From Piedraia hortae CBS 480.64 (taxonomy: Eukaryota): a stretch of DNA of 64,000 nucleotides. Within the stretch, counting starts at the first letter, position 1, and each line of letters begins with the position of its first letter. The position numbers were made by a program, and so were the translations under genes. The DNA lies in NCBI GenBank assembly GCA_010093745.1, contig MU006011.1:1-64000 (forward strand). Reading direction: 5' to 3'. Positions 38,567 through 49,936 of the stretch are shown in pieces. A model generated the notes under the pieces. It saw nothing but the letters and a program-made list of their open reading frames with translations, did not search any database and had not been told where the DNA came from.

Positions 38567-38845
38567 CGCTGAGTTGAAAAAGGAGGTCCTGATTGACATG
38601 ATCTGCCACCGCAAGCTAAGCCGTGACGAGATGGACCAGTCTTCGTATACTCAACCTCTGATGTTCAAGAAGATAGTAGAGCAGCCGCCTGCCCTGGAGG
38701 TTTACAATTAGCAGCTCCTGGGGGCCAAGACCCTCAGCAAGGGCATCGGTGAGCAGGAGCAGTGGCTGTGAGCGAGGCTCAATGATTCTCTGCTAAACCG
38801 GGAGATCACGAGCCCACTGCGTGGGAGTGGTTGACCAGTGCCTGG
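38562..38845 (+). pseudogene. KGD1 (2-oxoglutarate dehydrogenase E1) fragment
   Basis: WRAELKKEVLIDMICHRK..RDEMDQSSYTQPLMFKKI...[15 protein letters not shown]. Confidence 0.85.
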
Positions 38846-39150
38846 TTCCACCTAGGGGCATCTACGGCGCCGACTGTCTCACCACAGAGGGCTCCCGCGG
38901 CAAGGGCAGTTACCTCCTCCACTCTGAGGGCAAACGCTTCATTGAGCGGCACGCGCCGACCGGCAAAGATCTGGCTTCACGGGATGTTGTCTTCAGGTCC
39001 ATGATAATGGAAATCCGTGAGGGCCGCGAATTCGGACCAGAAAAGTACCACATCTACCTTCAGCCCTCGCATTTGCCTTCAGAGGTCCTCCACAAGCGGC
39101 TCCCTGGCATATCAGAGACCGCTATGTTTGCTGGGGTTGTCATGACACGT
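38846..39150 (+). pseudogene. SDH1 middle fragment
   Basis: FH../[45 protein letters not shown]...RLPGISETA. Confidence 0.9.
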
Positions 39151-39599
39151 AAGTCCTTGGGAATACTTATACTTCAGTGTCTCGATGCGCTCGCTTCTCA
39201 GGAGAGAACTGCTTGCAGATCGACGCACCTCATCCCGCGAGTAATTTTCTGATACGTCAAGAATCAGAGGAAGGGTGAGACTAGTAATCCAATCATGCCG
39301 CTGAAAATGAGATCTTCCCATTCCAAACGTTCTTGAGATATATTCCTAGCAACTATCTTTCATGTGAGCCGTCTCCCTGCACTTTTTCCAATCCCTATCA
39401 TGGCATGTTCAGACTTCCAGAAGGATGTTTCCCCAAGTAAGGAACGAGAATCTTAAACCAAATCTCAGTCATAGCTTGCTAATCTCAAGGGGGCCTTGCT
39501 ATGCAAAGCCAGCATCAGAATTCGCAAATTTAGTCTAGTCATCCGCTCGTCTACAGAAAAGCTGCGCCCGACATCCTGGACGAAATAATGTCCAGTCTC

Positions 39600-39970
39600 T
39601 GTAGCGATAAGGCTCTCATTGATGGGAGTGCGTAGCGGCCCGAGCTAAGAGGACGAAGCAATAGACGGAAATCGACAACAGGGACAGGACAGATGCAGAT
39701 GGATATGAGTTAATACCAGTGTCGACATAACAGTGTGAATGACCATCTATCTCTATGAGGGGACGTTCAGAATGAAAATCTGTACCGGTGGGCCGGTGAC
39801 GTCACGTCGCACATTAGCAGGGCGCATTCGCCATGTCACATATGACATGACCCTGAGGGAAAACCTCTGTGAGGGAAAAATCTAGAGTGCAGCTGGTAGT
39901 GTAGGAGGTATCGCTGACTTGCTATGCAAGTGCCCCGCATACGCGCTAGCGGCGATGCTTAAATCCAACA
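39600..39970 (-). mobile_element. Solo LTR (family A2)
   Basis: Reverse complement of 51504-51866; TG...CA termini; flanks do not form a TSD. Confidence 0.85.
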
Positions 39971-40219
39971 TACCAACGAGCTTCCCACTTCTACAAGGGT
40001 CCCATGCACTACAATGACGTTCTGTTATGGAGGTAGGCAACGGGTTATATGTTCAACGTTGCGAAGAGAGCCAGTTCGTTGGCAGGCAACCCTGTTTGGA
40101 GAGATTGTTTGAGCAATATCTTGTGTTGGTTTTGTAGGTTTAGTGTGCATGAATAGTGTGGTCGTTTAAGATTGTCTGCATGGCCTTGAAATTATGTAGC
40201 ATCGTCTCTGGTCGTAGAG

Positions 40220-40337
40220 TGTCACGTCGCGGACTATGCTATCCTTATAACTGTGTTGTGCCTTACGGAAGAGCTAACTACGCTATGGGCTGGAGGTGAG
40301 GTGTCGGGTCACGTGGCTGCGATATGGTTCCGTGACA
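40220..40337. mobile_element. 118-bp mini solo LTR
   Basis: TGTCACG...CGTGACA inverted termini; TSD TAGAG (40215-40219 and 40338-40342). Confidence 0.8.
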
Positions 40338-40639
40338 TAGAGGCATGTGTAGTTTTCATGGCCCTAATGGTTGTCACAGCATATTTGTGGGAATATGAGG
40401 AAGACCAGGTGGTTCACGATACCGGGAGAGAAGGGGCCCATTGAGGACGGGGTACGTGAATCGGACCCACCCACCTACACAGTAGCTTGAACTGAATTAC
40501 AATTGACAACTGATCAACATAAATAACTACTCACAAAACGCAAACTCACTCAACAAACGACCATGACATATTGACAACTCGCTCCAGATTAAACCCGCGC
40601 GCCACGCTTTCATCACTCATCATAACTCATGGTATCATT

Positions 40640-41512
40640 TCAATTATTCTTCTCATCAGCAGGGGGCGAAGCGGAAAGGCTCTCGGCCCTTTCTTCTTGT
40701 TTGATGGTCTTGTCTGTCGGCTCATGCTCTGTCTTTCGTCTCTTCCAGAGGTTTCCATTTGCGGTTTCCAGGGGCGTACAGCTGAATGTATACTGTTTGT
40801 CATTGTTAGAATGAGTGTGATGTGTGCGGATGGGAAGGCTTACGGTTCTGGTTACGACCTGGCGGATGCTGACTGTGGGATGGCCTGACTCGTCGGTGCT
40901 TCGTGCGCTCCGGGGGGTTGCGGTGTGGGGGGTTGTGAGGTATGGGGACGCTACGTAGGGAGAACGCATTGCCGAGGAGGCGGAGGACATAGGATGGGGT
41001 GAATAGGCCGGCGTTGGCGGGATGCGTAATCGAGGCGTGGATCGCATAGGCCGCAGAGCCGGCTTGGCAGTGACGGAAGGAGGTGGATGGGGGGCGTCTT
41101 TCCGAACCTCGTTGGGAGGAGACTCGTCTTTACGGGCCTCTTTGGGAGCAGAGACAGGTTCTTCTGCATCCATTTCCTTTCTCTTCTGGCCGCCTGCCGT
41201 CGTGATGGATGTGGATGTGGAGATGGAACTGTCGGTAGAGGTATCGGACTCGAAGGAGGTATTACGAGAAAGGGATGGTGGCTGCTGCTGCTGCTCAGGA
41301 GGCACGGAGGGAGACATGGTGCGAAGGTAGTCGTAATAGGCTATGGGAGGCGTGATGGGGGTTTTGCCATCCTCCCGCCTGGAGAAGCTGGCAGAGGCCG
41401 ACAGCGGCGTGCGCAGCTCCGATGGGAAACTTGCAGAGGCGGGAGTTTGCAGGAACGAGCTTTTTTCTAGGCCGGCGGCGGCCTTTAAGGCCATGGACGA
41501 CGCAGAGTCCAT
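40640..41512 (-). CDS. S/P/T-rich conserved fungal hypothetical protein; probable 51-nt intron at 40793-40843
   Basis: KTPITPPIAY and SIRQVVTRT motifs; GTAAGC...CTAAC...CAG intron signals. Confidence 0.75.
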   Translation of the reverse strand: MDSASSMALKAAAGLEKSSFLQTPASASFPSELRTPLSASASFSRREDGKTPITPPIAYYDYLRTMSPSVPPEQQQQPPSLSRNTSFESDTSTDSSISTSTSITTAGGQKRKEMDAEEPVSAPKEARKDESPPNEVRKDAPHPPPSVTAKPALRPMRSTPRLRIPPTPAYSPHPMSSASSAMRSPYVASPYLTTPHTATPRSARSTDESGHPTVSIRQVVTRTVSLPIRTHHTHSNNDKQYTFSCTPLETANGNLWKRRKTEHEPTDKTIKQEERAESLSASPPADEKNN

Positions 41513-42226
41513 TGCAGATGGGAGAGGGGGATTGCGGAACTATTTACGATGCCGCTGCAACTACATGACCGTCGCAGTAGGCTATTCATGGCGCCGGCGC
41601 GTAAGCGACAGGCTCCGTCGACGGTGACTGGTCGTCGTCGCGCGCGTCGGCCAATCAGATGCCGTCTTACAGCTCGCAGCCTAACGCCGCCGTAGTAGCT
41701 TGGCGCCAATGCAGCTCCAAGCGCCCTTGCCTGGCCAATCCACTGCTGGTGCGTTTTCACCGTCTTGCCTATACAGCACTGGCTATCTCAGCGGTAACAG
41801 TATGTAGATTCGAATGATCTGGAGACGATCAAAGCGTTTACTGTATCAACCAAGCGTTTACCGTGTGGAACTGCCAGCGTCTAGTAGACAAGCGCTCATC
41901 ACGAGGCAAGAGAGGTGATTTTGGCATTGCCAAAGGTCATCTGACAACAGAGGCGATAGAATCACGCGCCAGCGTCATGTGATCGAGATGGTAGAGGACT
42001 ACGTCATACGACGAAAGGTCACGGCACACAAACAAGGCTGATGACACAACACAAGACTCAGTCATAGAAAAACGATTCGATACAGCTTAGAGTCACAATG
42101 TTTGTGCGTAGCAGAGGTGAATTACATCTGCGAAAGAGAGTGGCATACTTCGGAATAATTCCGCTTCGCGCAGCGTCCAGTCATTGACGGCCAGCGAGCA
42201 GCTGCTCCAATTCAATACATACAATA

Positions 42227-44122
42227 ATGAACGCACCTCCACCGCCTCCTGGAACTCCTCCTCCGCCTCCACCACCGCCTAGCGGAGTCTTCCAACCCAA
42301 ACGGCAACCTGTAGATGTGGAAAAGCTCCTGGCGCAAAGAGAAGCCGAAAAAGCCGCATCTGGGAAGTTCAAATTCATGAACAAGGCCGAGCGCGAGCGG
42401 CTGAAGCGGGAAAAGGAGGAGAAAGCCAAATGTGAAGAAGCCGAGCGGCAATCCAGAATCCATGGCCCAAAATTCGCGACCAAAGACATTCCAAAAGAAG
42501 TAGATAGCGCCCCCTCAGAAGATACGGAGAAACGAAGGAAGCTCTACCTCGGCTTAGACCGGAATACTTCCAAGTTCTCGGCAGAGAAGAAGCGCAAGCG
42601 AATGAGAGAGCCAAAGTTCAAGTTTGATTGGGATCTAACAGAAGATACGAGTGCGGTGAACGATCCTCTGTACGCAAATCACACGGCTGCGAATGGAGGG
42701 ATCAAAGAAGGACCAGCACAGTCGAAGAAGTCGCGCTACAACGATGTGGGCAAACATTGGTCAGAGAAGACGTTAGACGAGATGAAGCCGCGGGACTGGC
42801 GTTACGTGAAGGAGAATTTCAACATATCCACCACTGGCGGATCCGTGCCGAATCCGATGCGGTGCTGGGAAGAGTCGGGGTTGCCCCAACGATTGCTGAA
42901 CATCGTGGAGCAGGTGGGATATACCGAACCATCGCCTGTGCAGAGAGCGGCCATTCCAATCGCGCTGCAGAATAGAGACTTGATCGCCGTTGCATCGACC
43001 GGTTCAGGAAAGACTGCGGCTTTTCTTCTTCCTTTACTCGTTTACATCTCCGAACTGCCCACACTCGATGAGGACACGCGGTACGACGGCCCGTACGCAA
43101 TCATCCTAGCCCCGACACGTGAATTGGCGCAGCAGATTGAGCTGGAGGCGAAGAAATTCGCCACGCCAATGGGCTTCAACTGCGTCTCTCTGGTCGGGGG
43201 GCATTCCATAGAGAGCCAAATTTACAACATGCGTGACGGTGCGGAGATCATAATTGCCACTCCCGGCCGCCTGGTAGACTGCATCGAGCGACGGGTGCTG
43301 GTTTTGAACCAATGCTGCTACATCATCATGGACGAGGCAGATCGTATGATTGACATGGGCTTCGAAGAACCTGTTAACAAGATTCTCGAGGCGTTACCAG
43401 TTTCGAACGAGAAACTAGACACGGAAGACGCAGAGGATGGGCTGAAAATGGCGCAGCAGATTGGTGGCCGTGACCGCTACAGACAGACGATGATGTACAC
43501 GGCCACGATGCCTGCTGCGGTGGAGCGTATCGCAAAAAGATACCTCCGACGGCCAGCTACGGTGCGCATTGGCGCCGACGAGGCCGCCTCGACAGTAGAG
43601 CAAAAGGTCGAGTTTATCAATGGAGAAGACAGAAGAAAACGACGGCTGGAAGAGATTCTGAACTCTGGGAACTACGCACCGCCGATCATCGTGTTTGTAA
43701 ATGTCAAACGCAGCTGCGACGGCATCGCGAGGGACATACAGAAGATGGGCTTCAGCTGTGTCTCACTGCACGGATCGAAGACGCAGGATCAGCGAGAAGC
43801 TGCTCTGGCATCGTTGCGAAACGGACAGACAGATGTGCTGGTTGCTACAGACTTGGCAGGAAGAGGTATCGATGTGCCAAACGTCAGTCTGGTTATCAAC
43901 TTCACCATGGCAGGTAATATAGAGGCATATACCCATCGCATCGGAAGAACGGGTCGTGCGGGTAAGGAGGGCACGGCGATTACGTTCTTGGGAGATGAGG
44001 ATATCGACGTCTTGCCAGATCTCAAGTTGTTGATCAGCAGGAGCGCGTCTTCTAAGGTGTCTGAAGAACTAGAGCGACATGAATCCGCTGCTCAGAGGAA
44101 GCGCCTAGCTAGGGCGGTGTAG
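42227..44122 (+). CDS. PRP28: Pre-mRNA splicing DEAD-box helicase Prp28
   Basis: FKFDWD..EDTS, KHWSEKTLDEMKPRDWR, STGSGKT, APTRELAQQI, DEADRMIDMGFE, YTHRIGRTGRAG. Confidence 0.95.
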   Translation: MNAPPPPPGTPPPPPPPPSGVFQPKRQPVDVEKLLAQREAEKAASGKFKFMNKAERERLKREKEEKAKCEEAERQSRIHGPKFATKDIPKEVDSAPSEDTEKRRKLYLGLDRNTSKFSAEKKRKRMREPKFKFDWDLTEDTSAVNDPLYANHTAANGGIKEGPAQSKKSRYNDVGKHWSEKTLDEMKPRDWRYVKENFNISTTGGSVPNPMRCWEESGLPQRLLNIVEQVGYTEPSPVQRAAIPIALQNRDLIAVASTGSGKTAAFLLPLLVYISELPTLDEDTRYDGPYAIILAPTRELAQQIELEAKKFATPMGFNCVSLVGGHSIESQIYNMRDGAEIIIATPGRLVDCIERRVLVLNQCCYIIMDEADRMIDMGFEEPVNKILEALPVSNEKLDTEDAEDGLKMAQQIGGRDRYRQTMMYTATMPAAVERIAKRYLRRPATVRIGADEAASTVEQKVEFINGEDRRKRRLEEILNSGNYAPPIIVFVNVKRSCDGIARDIQKMGFSCVSLHGSKTQDQREAALASLRNGQTDVLVATDLAGRGIDVPNVSLVINFTMAGNIEAYTHRIGRTGRAGKEGTAITFLGDEDIDVLPDLKLLISRSASSKVSEELERHESAAQRKRLARAV

Positions 44123-44253
44123 TCTAGCTATCTAGGCTACAGGACCCGGGAGGTAACATATATACCCTACCCCTCCTGACGTCATCATGCTGGCCGCATT
44201 GCCCAGCGTCTGGTTTGTCCTTCGGCGCGCCCTCTTCTCTACCTCTTTACATC

Positions 44254-45219
44254 ATGGCCGAAGAAAAGATGAAGTATTGCCGCCTGGGAGAGTCTGGGCT
44301 GAAAGTGTCTCAGGTGATATTCGGCTGCATGAGCCTTGGATCGCCCAAATGGCAAGAGTGGGTTCTGGACGAGGATGCGTCGCTACCTTTGCTCAAACAT
44401 GCCTACGACCGTGGCATCAACACCTGGGATACTGCTGACATTTACTCGCACGGCGTTTCCGAGCAAATCGTCGGCAAAGCGCTGAAGAAGTACAACATCC
44501 CACGCTCCAAGGTCGTCATCTTGTCCAAATGTTACTTTGGCGTGCAAGCGGACGGCACCCAGCCGCCGATCGCAGGATCGCTCACCAACGATGGCGATAT
44601 GGTGAACCAAGTTGGCCTCAGCCGTAAACACATCTTCGACGCTGTCCAAGCCTCCGTCGAGCGTCTGGGCACGTATATCGACGTGCTGCAGATCCACAGA
44701 CTGGACCGCGACACGTCGCCGCGCGAGATCATGCGTGCCCTGCACGACGTTATCCAGCAGGGCTGGGTGCGGTACATTGGTGCCTCGTCCATGGCGTGCT
44801 GGGAGTTTCAGCGTCTGCAGAACATTGCACGCGAGAACGGTTGGACGGAGTTTATTTCTATGCAAAACTACCACAATCTCATCTATCGTGAGGAAGAAAG
44901 GGAGATGATTCCCTACTGTAAGGCCACGGGCGTGGGGCTCGTGCCGTGGTCGCCGATTGCGCGCGGCATCCTAACGCGGCCGTGGGGTGATAGATCCTCG
45001 AAACGCGAAGATTCAGACAATTCGCTCAAGAACTTGTACCGAAAGCGGGAGTCGGAAGTTGACAAAGCCATCGTCGACCGCGTCGAGGAGGTCGCCAAGA
45101 AAAACAGTGTTAGCATGGCATGCATTGCCACGGCGTGGAGCATCTACAAGGGCTGCATCCCGATTGTGGGGCTCAGCAGCAAGGAACGCATCGACGAAAC
45201 GGTTAAGAATTCGAATTAT
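44254..45219 (+). CDS. Aldo-keto reductase (aryl-alcohol dehydrogenase-like); 3' end falls in the gap
   Basis: LGESGLKVS, GINTWDTADIYSHG, GLSRKHI, RLGTYIDVLQIHR, YIGASSM, PWSPIARG. Confidence 0.92.
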
Positions 45220-45800
45220 NNNNNNNNNNNNNNNNNNNNNNNNNNNNNNNNNNNNNNNNNNNNNNNNNNNNNNNNNNNNNNNNNNNNNNNNNNNNNNNNN
45301 NNNNNNNNNNNNNNNNNNNNNNNNNNNNNNNNNNNNNNNNNNNNNNNNNNNNNNNNNNNNNNNNNNNNNNNNNNNNNNNNNNNNNNNNNNNNNNNNNNNN
45401 NNNNNNNNNNNNNNNNNNNNNNNNNNNNNNNNNNNNNNNNNNNNNNNNNNNNNNNNNNNNNNNNNNNNNNNNNNNNNNNNNNNNNNNNNNNNNNNNNNNN
45501 NNNNNNNNNNNNNNNNNNNNNNNNNNNNNNNNNNNNNNNNNNNNNNNNNNNNNNNNNNNNNNNNNNNNNNNNNNNNNNNNNNNNNNNNNNNNNNNNNNNN
45601 NNNNNNNNNNNNNNNNNNNNNNNNNNNNNNNNNNNNNNNNNNNNNNNNNNNNNNNNNNNNNNNNNNNNNNNNNNNNNNNNNNNNNNNNNNNNNNNNNNNN
45701 NNNNNNNNNNNNNNNNNNNNNNNNNNNNNNNNNNNNNNNNNNNNNNNNNNNNNNNNNNNNNNNNNNNNNNNNNNNNNNNNNNNNNNNNNNNNNNNNNNNC
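45220..45800. other. Assembly gap (581 N)
   Basis: Run of N. Confidence 1.
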
Positions 45801-46105
45801 CCTCGTCCCAAACCCCAACCCTCGACGAAATCAAAGCCGCCTATACAACTCTCTCCACGCCCTCCCTCCGCACGGCATACGACCTCTCCCTCGTGAAGCA
45901 GGCCGTCGTAGGCGACGTGGTGGATCTTAGCGAGATGAGTACGAACGGGGAGGGGGAGTGGTGGATGGATTGTCCCCGGTGTAGAGCCGAAAAGGGGTTC
46001 GTTCTTCATGAGAGGGAGTTGGAGGGGGATGAAGGGAAGGGGGAGGTGGGCTTGCAGTGTTGTTGGTGTAGTTTGATGGTTAGGGTTGAGTTTGCCTTTG
46101 GGTAG
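45801..46105 (+). CDS. DPH4: Diphthamide biosynthesis protein 4 (J domain plus CSL zinc finger); 5' end falls in the gap
   Basis: J-domain helix IKAAYTTLS..LRTAYD, then VDLSEM, CPRC, CCWCSL. Confidence 0.8.
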
Positions 46106-46254
46106 GGGGAGAGAACGCTGGACGAAATGGGGAGAGGAACCTGCCAGGACTTGCTGGAAGGATGCCCCGTTCCACAGGGATTACAAGAGCTAGGAAAGCA
46201 CTCGGTGACGGGGATGGGCTGGGTAAGAAATTACAAGAGTAGACATCTGCAGGT

Positions 46255-48006
46255 CTACTCATCTACAATGTCCAAGAAACAATTATGCGTTTCCTCCCTC
46301 CATCCATCGTCCGCGACTCGGAAGTCCATATTGTGTCTCACACTGCGTGGGCCGTTGAGTTCAACGTCTAGGGAAGCAAGTTCGCTCATTGCGTCTTTTC
46401 CTCCAAGGTCGCGGAGGAGGGAAAAGTACCGCGCTGTGATGGTGCGGATTGCAGTCGCCGAGAGACTCTGGCTCTGTTTCGCGGCGTCATAGACTGCTTT
46501 GACGCGTTCGAAGTTGGGGGAGGTAAGCTTCGCCTCGAAATCGAGATATCCGAGCCAGAAGGGCGCGCTGTCTTGGTAGAGTTGCGTTTGGGATGAGTAG
46601 AGCTTGCGTACGGCGTCAATGTCGCCCTGTTGGTATAGCAGTCGCGCTTGCTCGGCTACGATCGCCCCGCGCGTGTGCTGTGTTATAGCTCCAGACGCGT
46701 CGTGCATGTATTGGTCTAGACATTGCAGGGCGGCCTGCACATCGCGCGTACGTCGCTGCACGTTGGCCATGGAAATGATGGTTTCGACGTGGTTGGGCAG
46801 GAAGGAGAGGATCGCATGGTGGATGTCCATTGCGATTGCGATGTTACCGGCCGCCTCTTCCCAGTAGGCGTAGTAGAGCCGTATTGCGGGCCGGGAGATG
46901 GCTATGAAGAGGGCGCTGGCGCGGGCGTAGATGTTACGTACTTCCTGCGACTTGCTCTTGCCCTGCGCCTGCATCCAGCGTGCGTAACGGAACCAGAACT
47001 CGTCGTAGTTGGCACACGTTACGAGACATCTTTCGTACAGAAACTTGATGCGCGTGTAGTCTCCCTCTGCCTCCTCAAAGTCGAGGTATCGACGCCAGTT
47101 GGTTAGTTGTGCAGAGTCCAGCTCGGTGACGTGATAATAAGGCCGTTTAATCTCCTGTTCATACGTCCACCGCTTCGTTGTCTCAGCCTGTGTCTTTTGA
47201 AAGACGTCAACATGATATGCATCCAGCCTCTGGCGCAATTCAACTTCATTGAGAGGTCCAAACGAGCTCAGAACGGATTCCGGCGCTAACTCTGATACCG
47301 GACGCGTCGCAGCCATGGAGCGATATCGCTCAAAATATCGCGCATACTGGTGCAGCGGGATATGGATTATCCTGCCGAGCAGCTTGAAGATATTCTGAGG
47401 AGACTCGCAACGGTCCTCAAACTCGAGATATTTATCCCAGAGCGGATGGGCGAGAAAGTCCAGACCGGCGCTTTCTACGCCTCTTTCAAACAGCCTACAT
47501 CCCACCGTCAGCAAAGATGATGACTGGGAAAGGAAACGGGAGGGAAAGGTGTGCGCGAACATCGATAACTGCCTCCATTGCTCTCCATCGTCCAAGGTTC
47601 CTGTGTTAGCGAGGAAATGGACAACTTACTCGCGAATCGCGTCCATATCGTGCCATGTATCCGTTTTGAATGCGCAGTAATTGGCCCACAGATCGACCGA
47701 CGTTCCTATGCTGGCAATGCCCCGTTCGTACACCAGCTCGGCGGCTTCCGGCCCCGTAACAACAAACTCCAGGTCCGCATACTTTTTCCAGTAGCCGAAG
47801 AATAAAGGAAAGCGAGCGAGCAGCCGATCATAGACTTCGCGGACAGCTGTAATGGCCTGCGGGCTGGAGTTGCGGTTCAGCCCCCCTTCCTGCGCCTCCG
47901 CCGCCCGCACCAGTTTTTCCCAATGGTCGAAATTGTCAGGGTCTGCGAGAGTCTGGGCATTCAGCTGCTGCAGCTCGCGATCGTCGCTGAAGCTGAAGTC
48001 GCCCAT
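46255..48006 (-). CDS. PRP39: U1 snRNP HAT-repeat protein Prp39; exons 48006-47630 and 47494-46255
   Basis: RFPLFFGYWKKYADLE, SVDLWANYC, spliced IRE/LFERG, GLDFLAHPLWDKY, IKRPYYHV; GTAAGT...GCTGAC...TAG intron. Confidence 0.92.
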
Positions 48007-48219
48007 TGTTGTTGGTGCTGCCTGACGCGGCAGTCGCATCGAAGTGGGGCATGGTCAGCCTAACCCTAGTCCTCGAAAGCGCCCGGGAAGTGGGCGGTCG
48101 AAGGTGGTGGATGAAGATCCGTGATTGGAACAAACCAGGGCAGACATCAGCTGGTTCAGATAATCGTGAACGTGGATGGTCTTCATCAGCCAACCACTGC
48201 GGTATCAATGTTCACACGT

Positions 48220-49407
48220 CTAGGAGAACGTCACTTGTTGCTCCGTCAATCCACGAACAATATCTTCCAAAACGTTAGCCTCATCACCGTCATCCCTCTT
48301 CCTCTTCTTCCCGCTTTCATCCCCTCCAGCCTCGGGCTTCCACATCCTAATCGTGCCATCACCATGCGCCGCATAAACCTCCACTGACCCCGTCCTCCAC
48401 TGTATGTCCATGATCCTCCCCTCCATCTTCGGTAAGAACAACCTCTTCACACTAGTTCCAGACATCAAATCAAATACCTCCAACCCCCCACTGGCCGTGA
48501 ACGCTACATAATTCGCCCCAGTCCAACTAGGAGCCACCACGGGATTGAGAACTCCCCTCTTCTCATCCTTAACCCTCGGCCCAAAATGTACAAGAGTATT
48601 AACGAATCTCCTGCCCCCATCCCAAACCCTCATACGCTCATCCTTCCCAACCGTGACCAAAAACCTCCCATCTTCCGTCCACGCAAGTCCATTAACCGGC
48701 CCCTCATGTGCCTTTGCCCGCGAAGCATAATTCCTACCCTCCCTCCCCTCCCAAACCTCCAAATCCAACTCCGCAACCGCCGCATCCGCCCTCCTGGTAT
48801 CCCAGATCCTGACCCTCCCATCCGACGCCGCAGAAGCGAGTACACACATCCTTTGCGGCCTCCAAGCCACACTCAACACCTCTCCCCTTGAATGCGGAAG
48901 CGTATGCGTACTCCCTCCCGTCCGCAAATCCACGAGCCTCGCAACCGGCGCCGCAAGCGCACACGCCACGCTCAACTCCGCCGACGTATCATGACTATTC
49001 ACCGCATTCCCCAGCGGGAACGTCACCCTCGGAGCAAGCCTTTCCGTTTCGCAGAACCGCACCGAGCCATCAACACATGAGAGAAGGAACGCGTTCGCAT
49101 CAAACGGGTAATACGACACTTTGTTTATCGAAAGGGGTGGATCAGGCGTCGTGCGAGGGTTAGAAGCTACCGGTGCGTTAGCGCCATATAGATCCCATAA
49201 CGCGACCGACGAGTCCGCGCCCGCTGAGAGGAGGGACGAGCCAGTAAGGGGATCGATTGCGATTGAATTCACCCCGCGGTGGTGGTGCGGCGGTCCGGCG
49301 GGAGATGGCTGGAGGAGTGAGATTAGACGATCGCTTGTCTTGGATTGGAAGGTCGAGAGTGCATCTCGGCCGAGTTCGCGCGCGAATAGGGATCGCGATG
49401 CGGACAT
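48220..49407 (-). CDS. CSA/ERCC8 (Rad28/Ckn1-like) WD40 repair protein
   Basis: LFARELG, GVNSIAID, YPFD...F, RLVDLRTGGSTHTL, AHEGPVNGL, NTLVHFGP. Confidence 0.82.
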   Translation of the reverse strand: MSASRSLFARELGRDALSTFQSKTSDRLISLLQPSPAGPPHHHRGVNSIAIDPLTGSSLLSAGADSSVALWDLYGANAPVASNPRTTPDPPLSINKVSYYPFDANAFLLSCVDGSVRFCETERLAPRVTFPLGNAVNSHDTSAELSVACALAAPVARLVDLRTGGSTHTLPHSRGEVLSVAWRPQRMCVLASAASDGRVRIWDTRRADAAVAELDLEVWEGREGRNYASRAKAHEGPVNGLAWTEDGRFLVTVGKDERMRVWDGGRRFVNTLVHFGPRVKDEKRGVLNPVVAPSWTGANYVAFTASGGLEVFDLMSGTSVKRLFLPKMEGRIMDIQWRTGSVEVYAAHGDGTIRMWKPEAGGDESGKKRKRDDGDEANVLEDIVRGLTEQQVTFS

Positions 49408-49504
49408 TGAAATGACGATGCGCGGATCCGGGAGTTTGGGCGCACGGGTCGGGCCGGGCCTTCTTATCCCACTTCCCACACGGATTTTGGATTTTCTTGC
49501 AAAC

Positions 49505-49936
49505 ATGCCTGCTTCGAATATCAACGTCTATGATGCCTCCGCTGGCCGCGCCGCATGTAATGGCTTCCGCACGACGAAGAAGACTGCTACACGCCCCAGC
49601 GGGCCGGATGAGATTCTGTTTCGCTCTGCGAATGCGCCAACAAGGTACGCGGAGGATGATATCTATGCTGCTGATCGCGAGTTGAGGGATGCGGGGAGGA
49701 CATTACCAGACTCGGATCTGTTGAGGCAGATTTTGGTTTATGTTTCCGAGTACTATAAGGGGGGCGATGAGAGGCTGGATTATCATTCTATGGATGAGAC
49801 GGCTCTGCTGGCTATGGGGATTTTGATTGAGGAGGCGGCAAGGGAGGCGCTGGGGAAGGAAGGGGATGCGGTGCTGGTTCAGTCTGATGTGGAGGGGAGT
49901 GGGAGCGAGGCTGAATCGGAGGGGAGTGGTCGGTGA
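49505..49936 (+). CDS. Pol I upstream activation factor subunit Rrn10-like
   Basis: NVYDASAGR, PDEILFR, LPDSDLL...Y.SEYY, SMDETALLAMGILIEE. Confidence 0.7.
   Translation: MPASNINVYDASAGRAACNGFRTTKKTATRPSGPDEILFRSANAPTRYAEDDIYAADRELRDAGRTLPDSDLLRQILVYVSEYYKGGDERLDYHSMDETALLAMGILIEEAAREALGKEGDAVLVQSDVEGSGSEAESEGSGR

Noticed and set aside
44987..46105. Long ORFs spanning 45.0-46.1 kb in the ORF track
   Set aside because: Artefacts of translating through the N gap; AKR and DPH4 are separate genes
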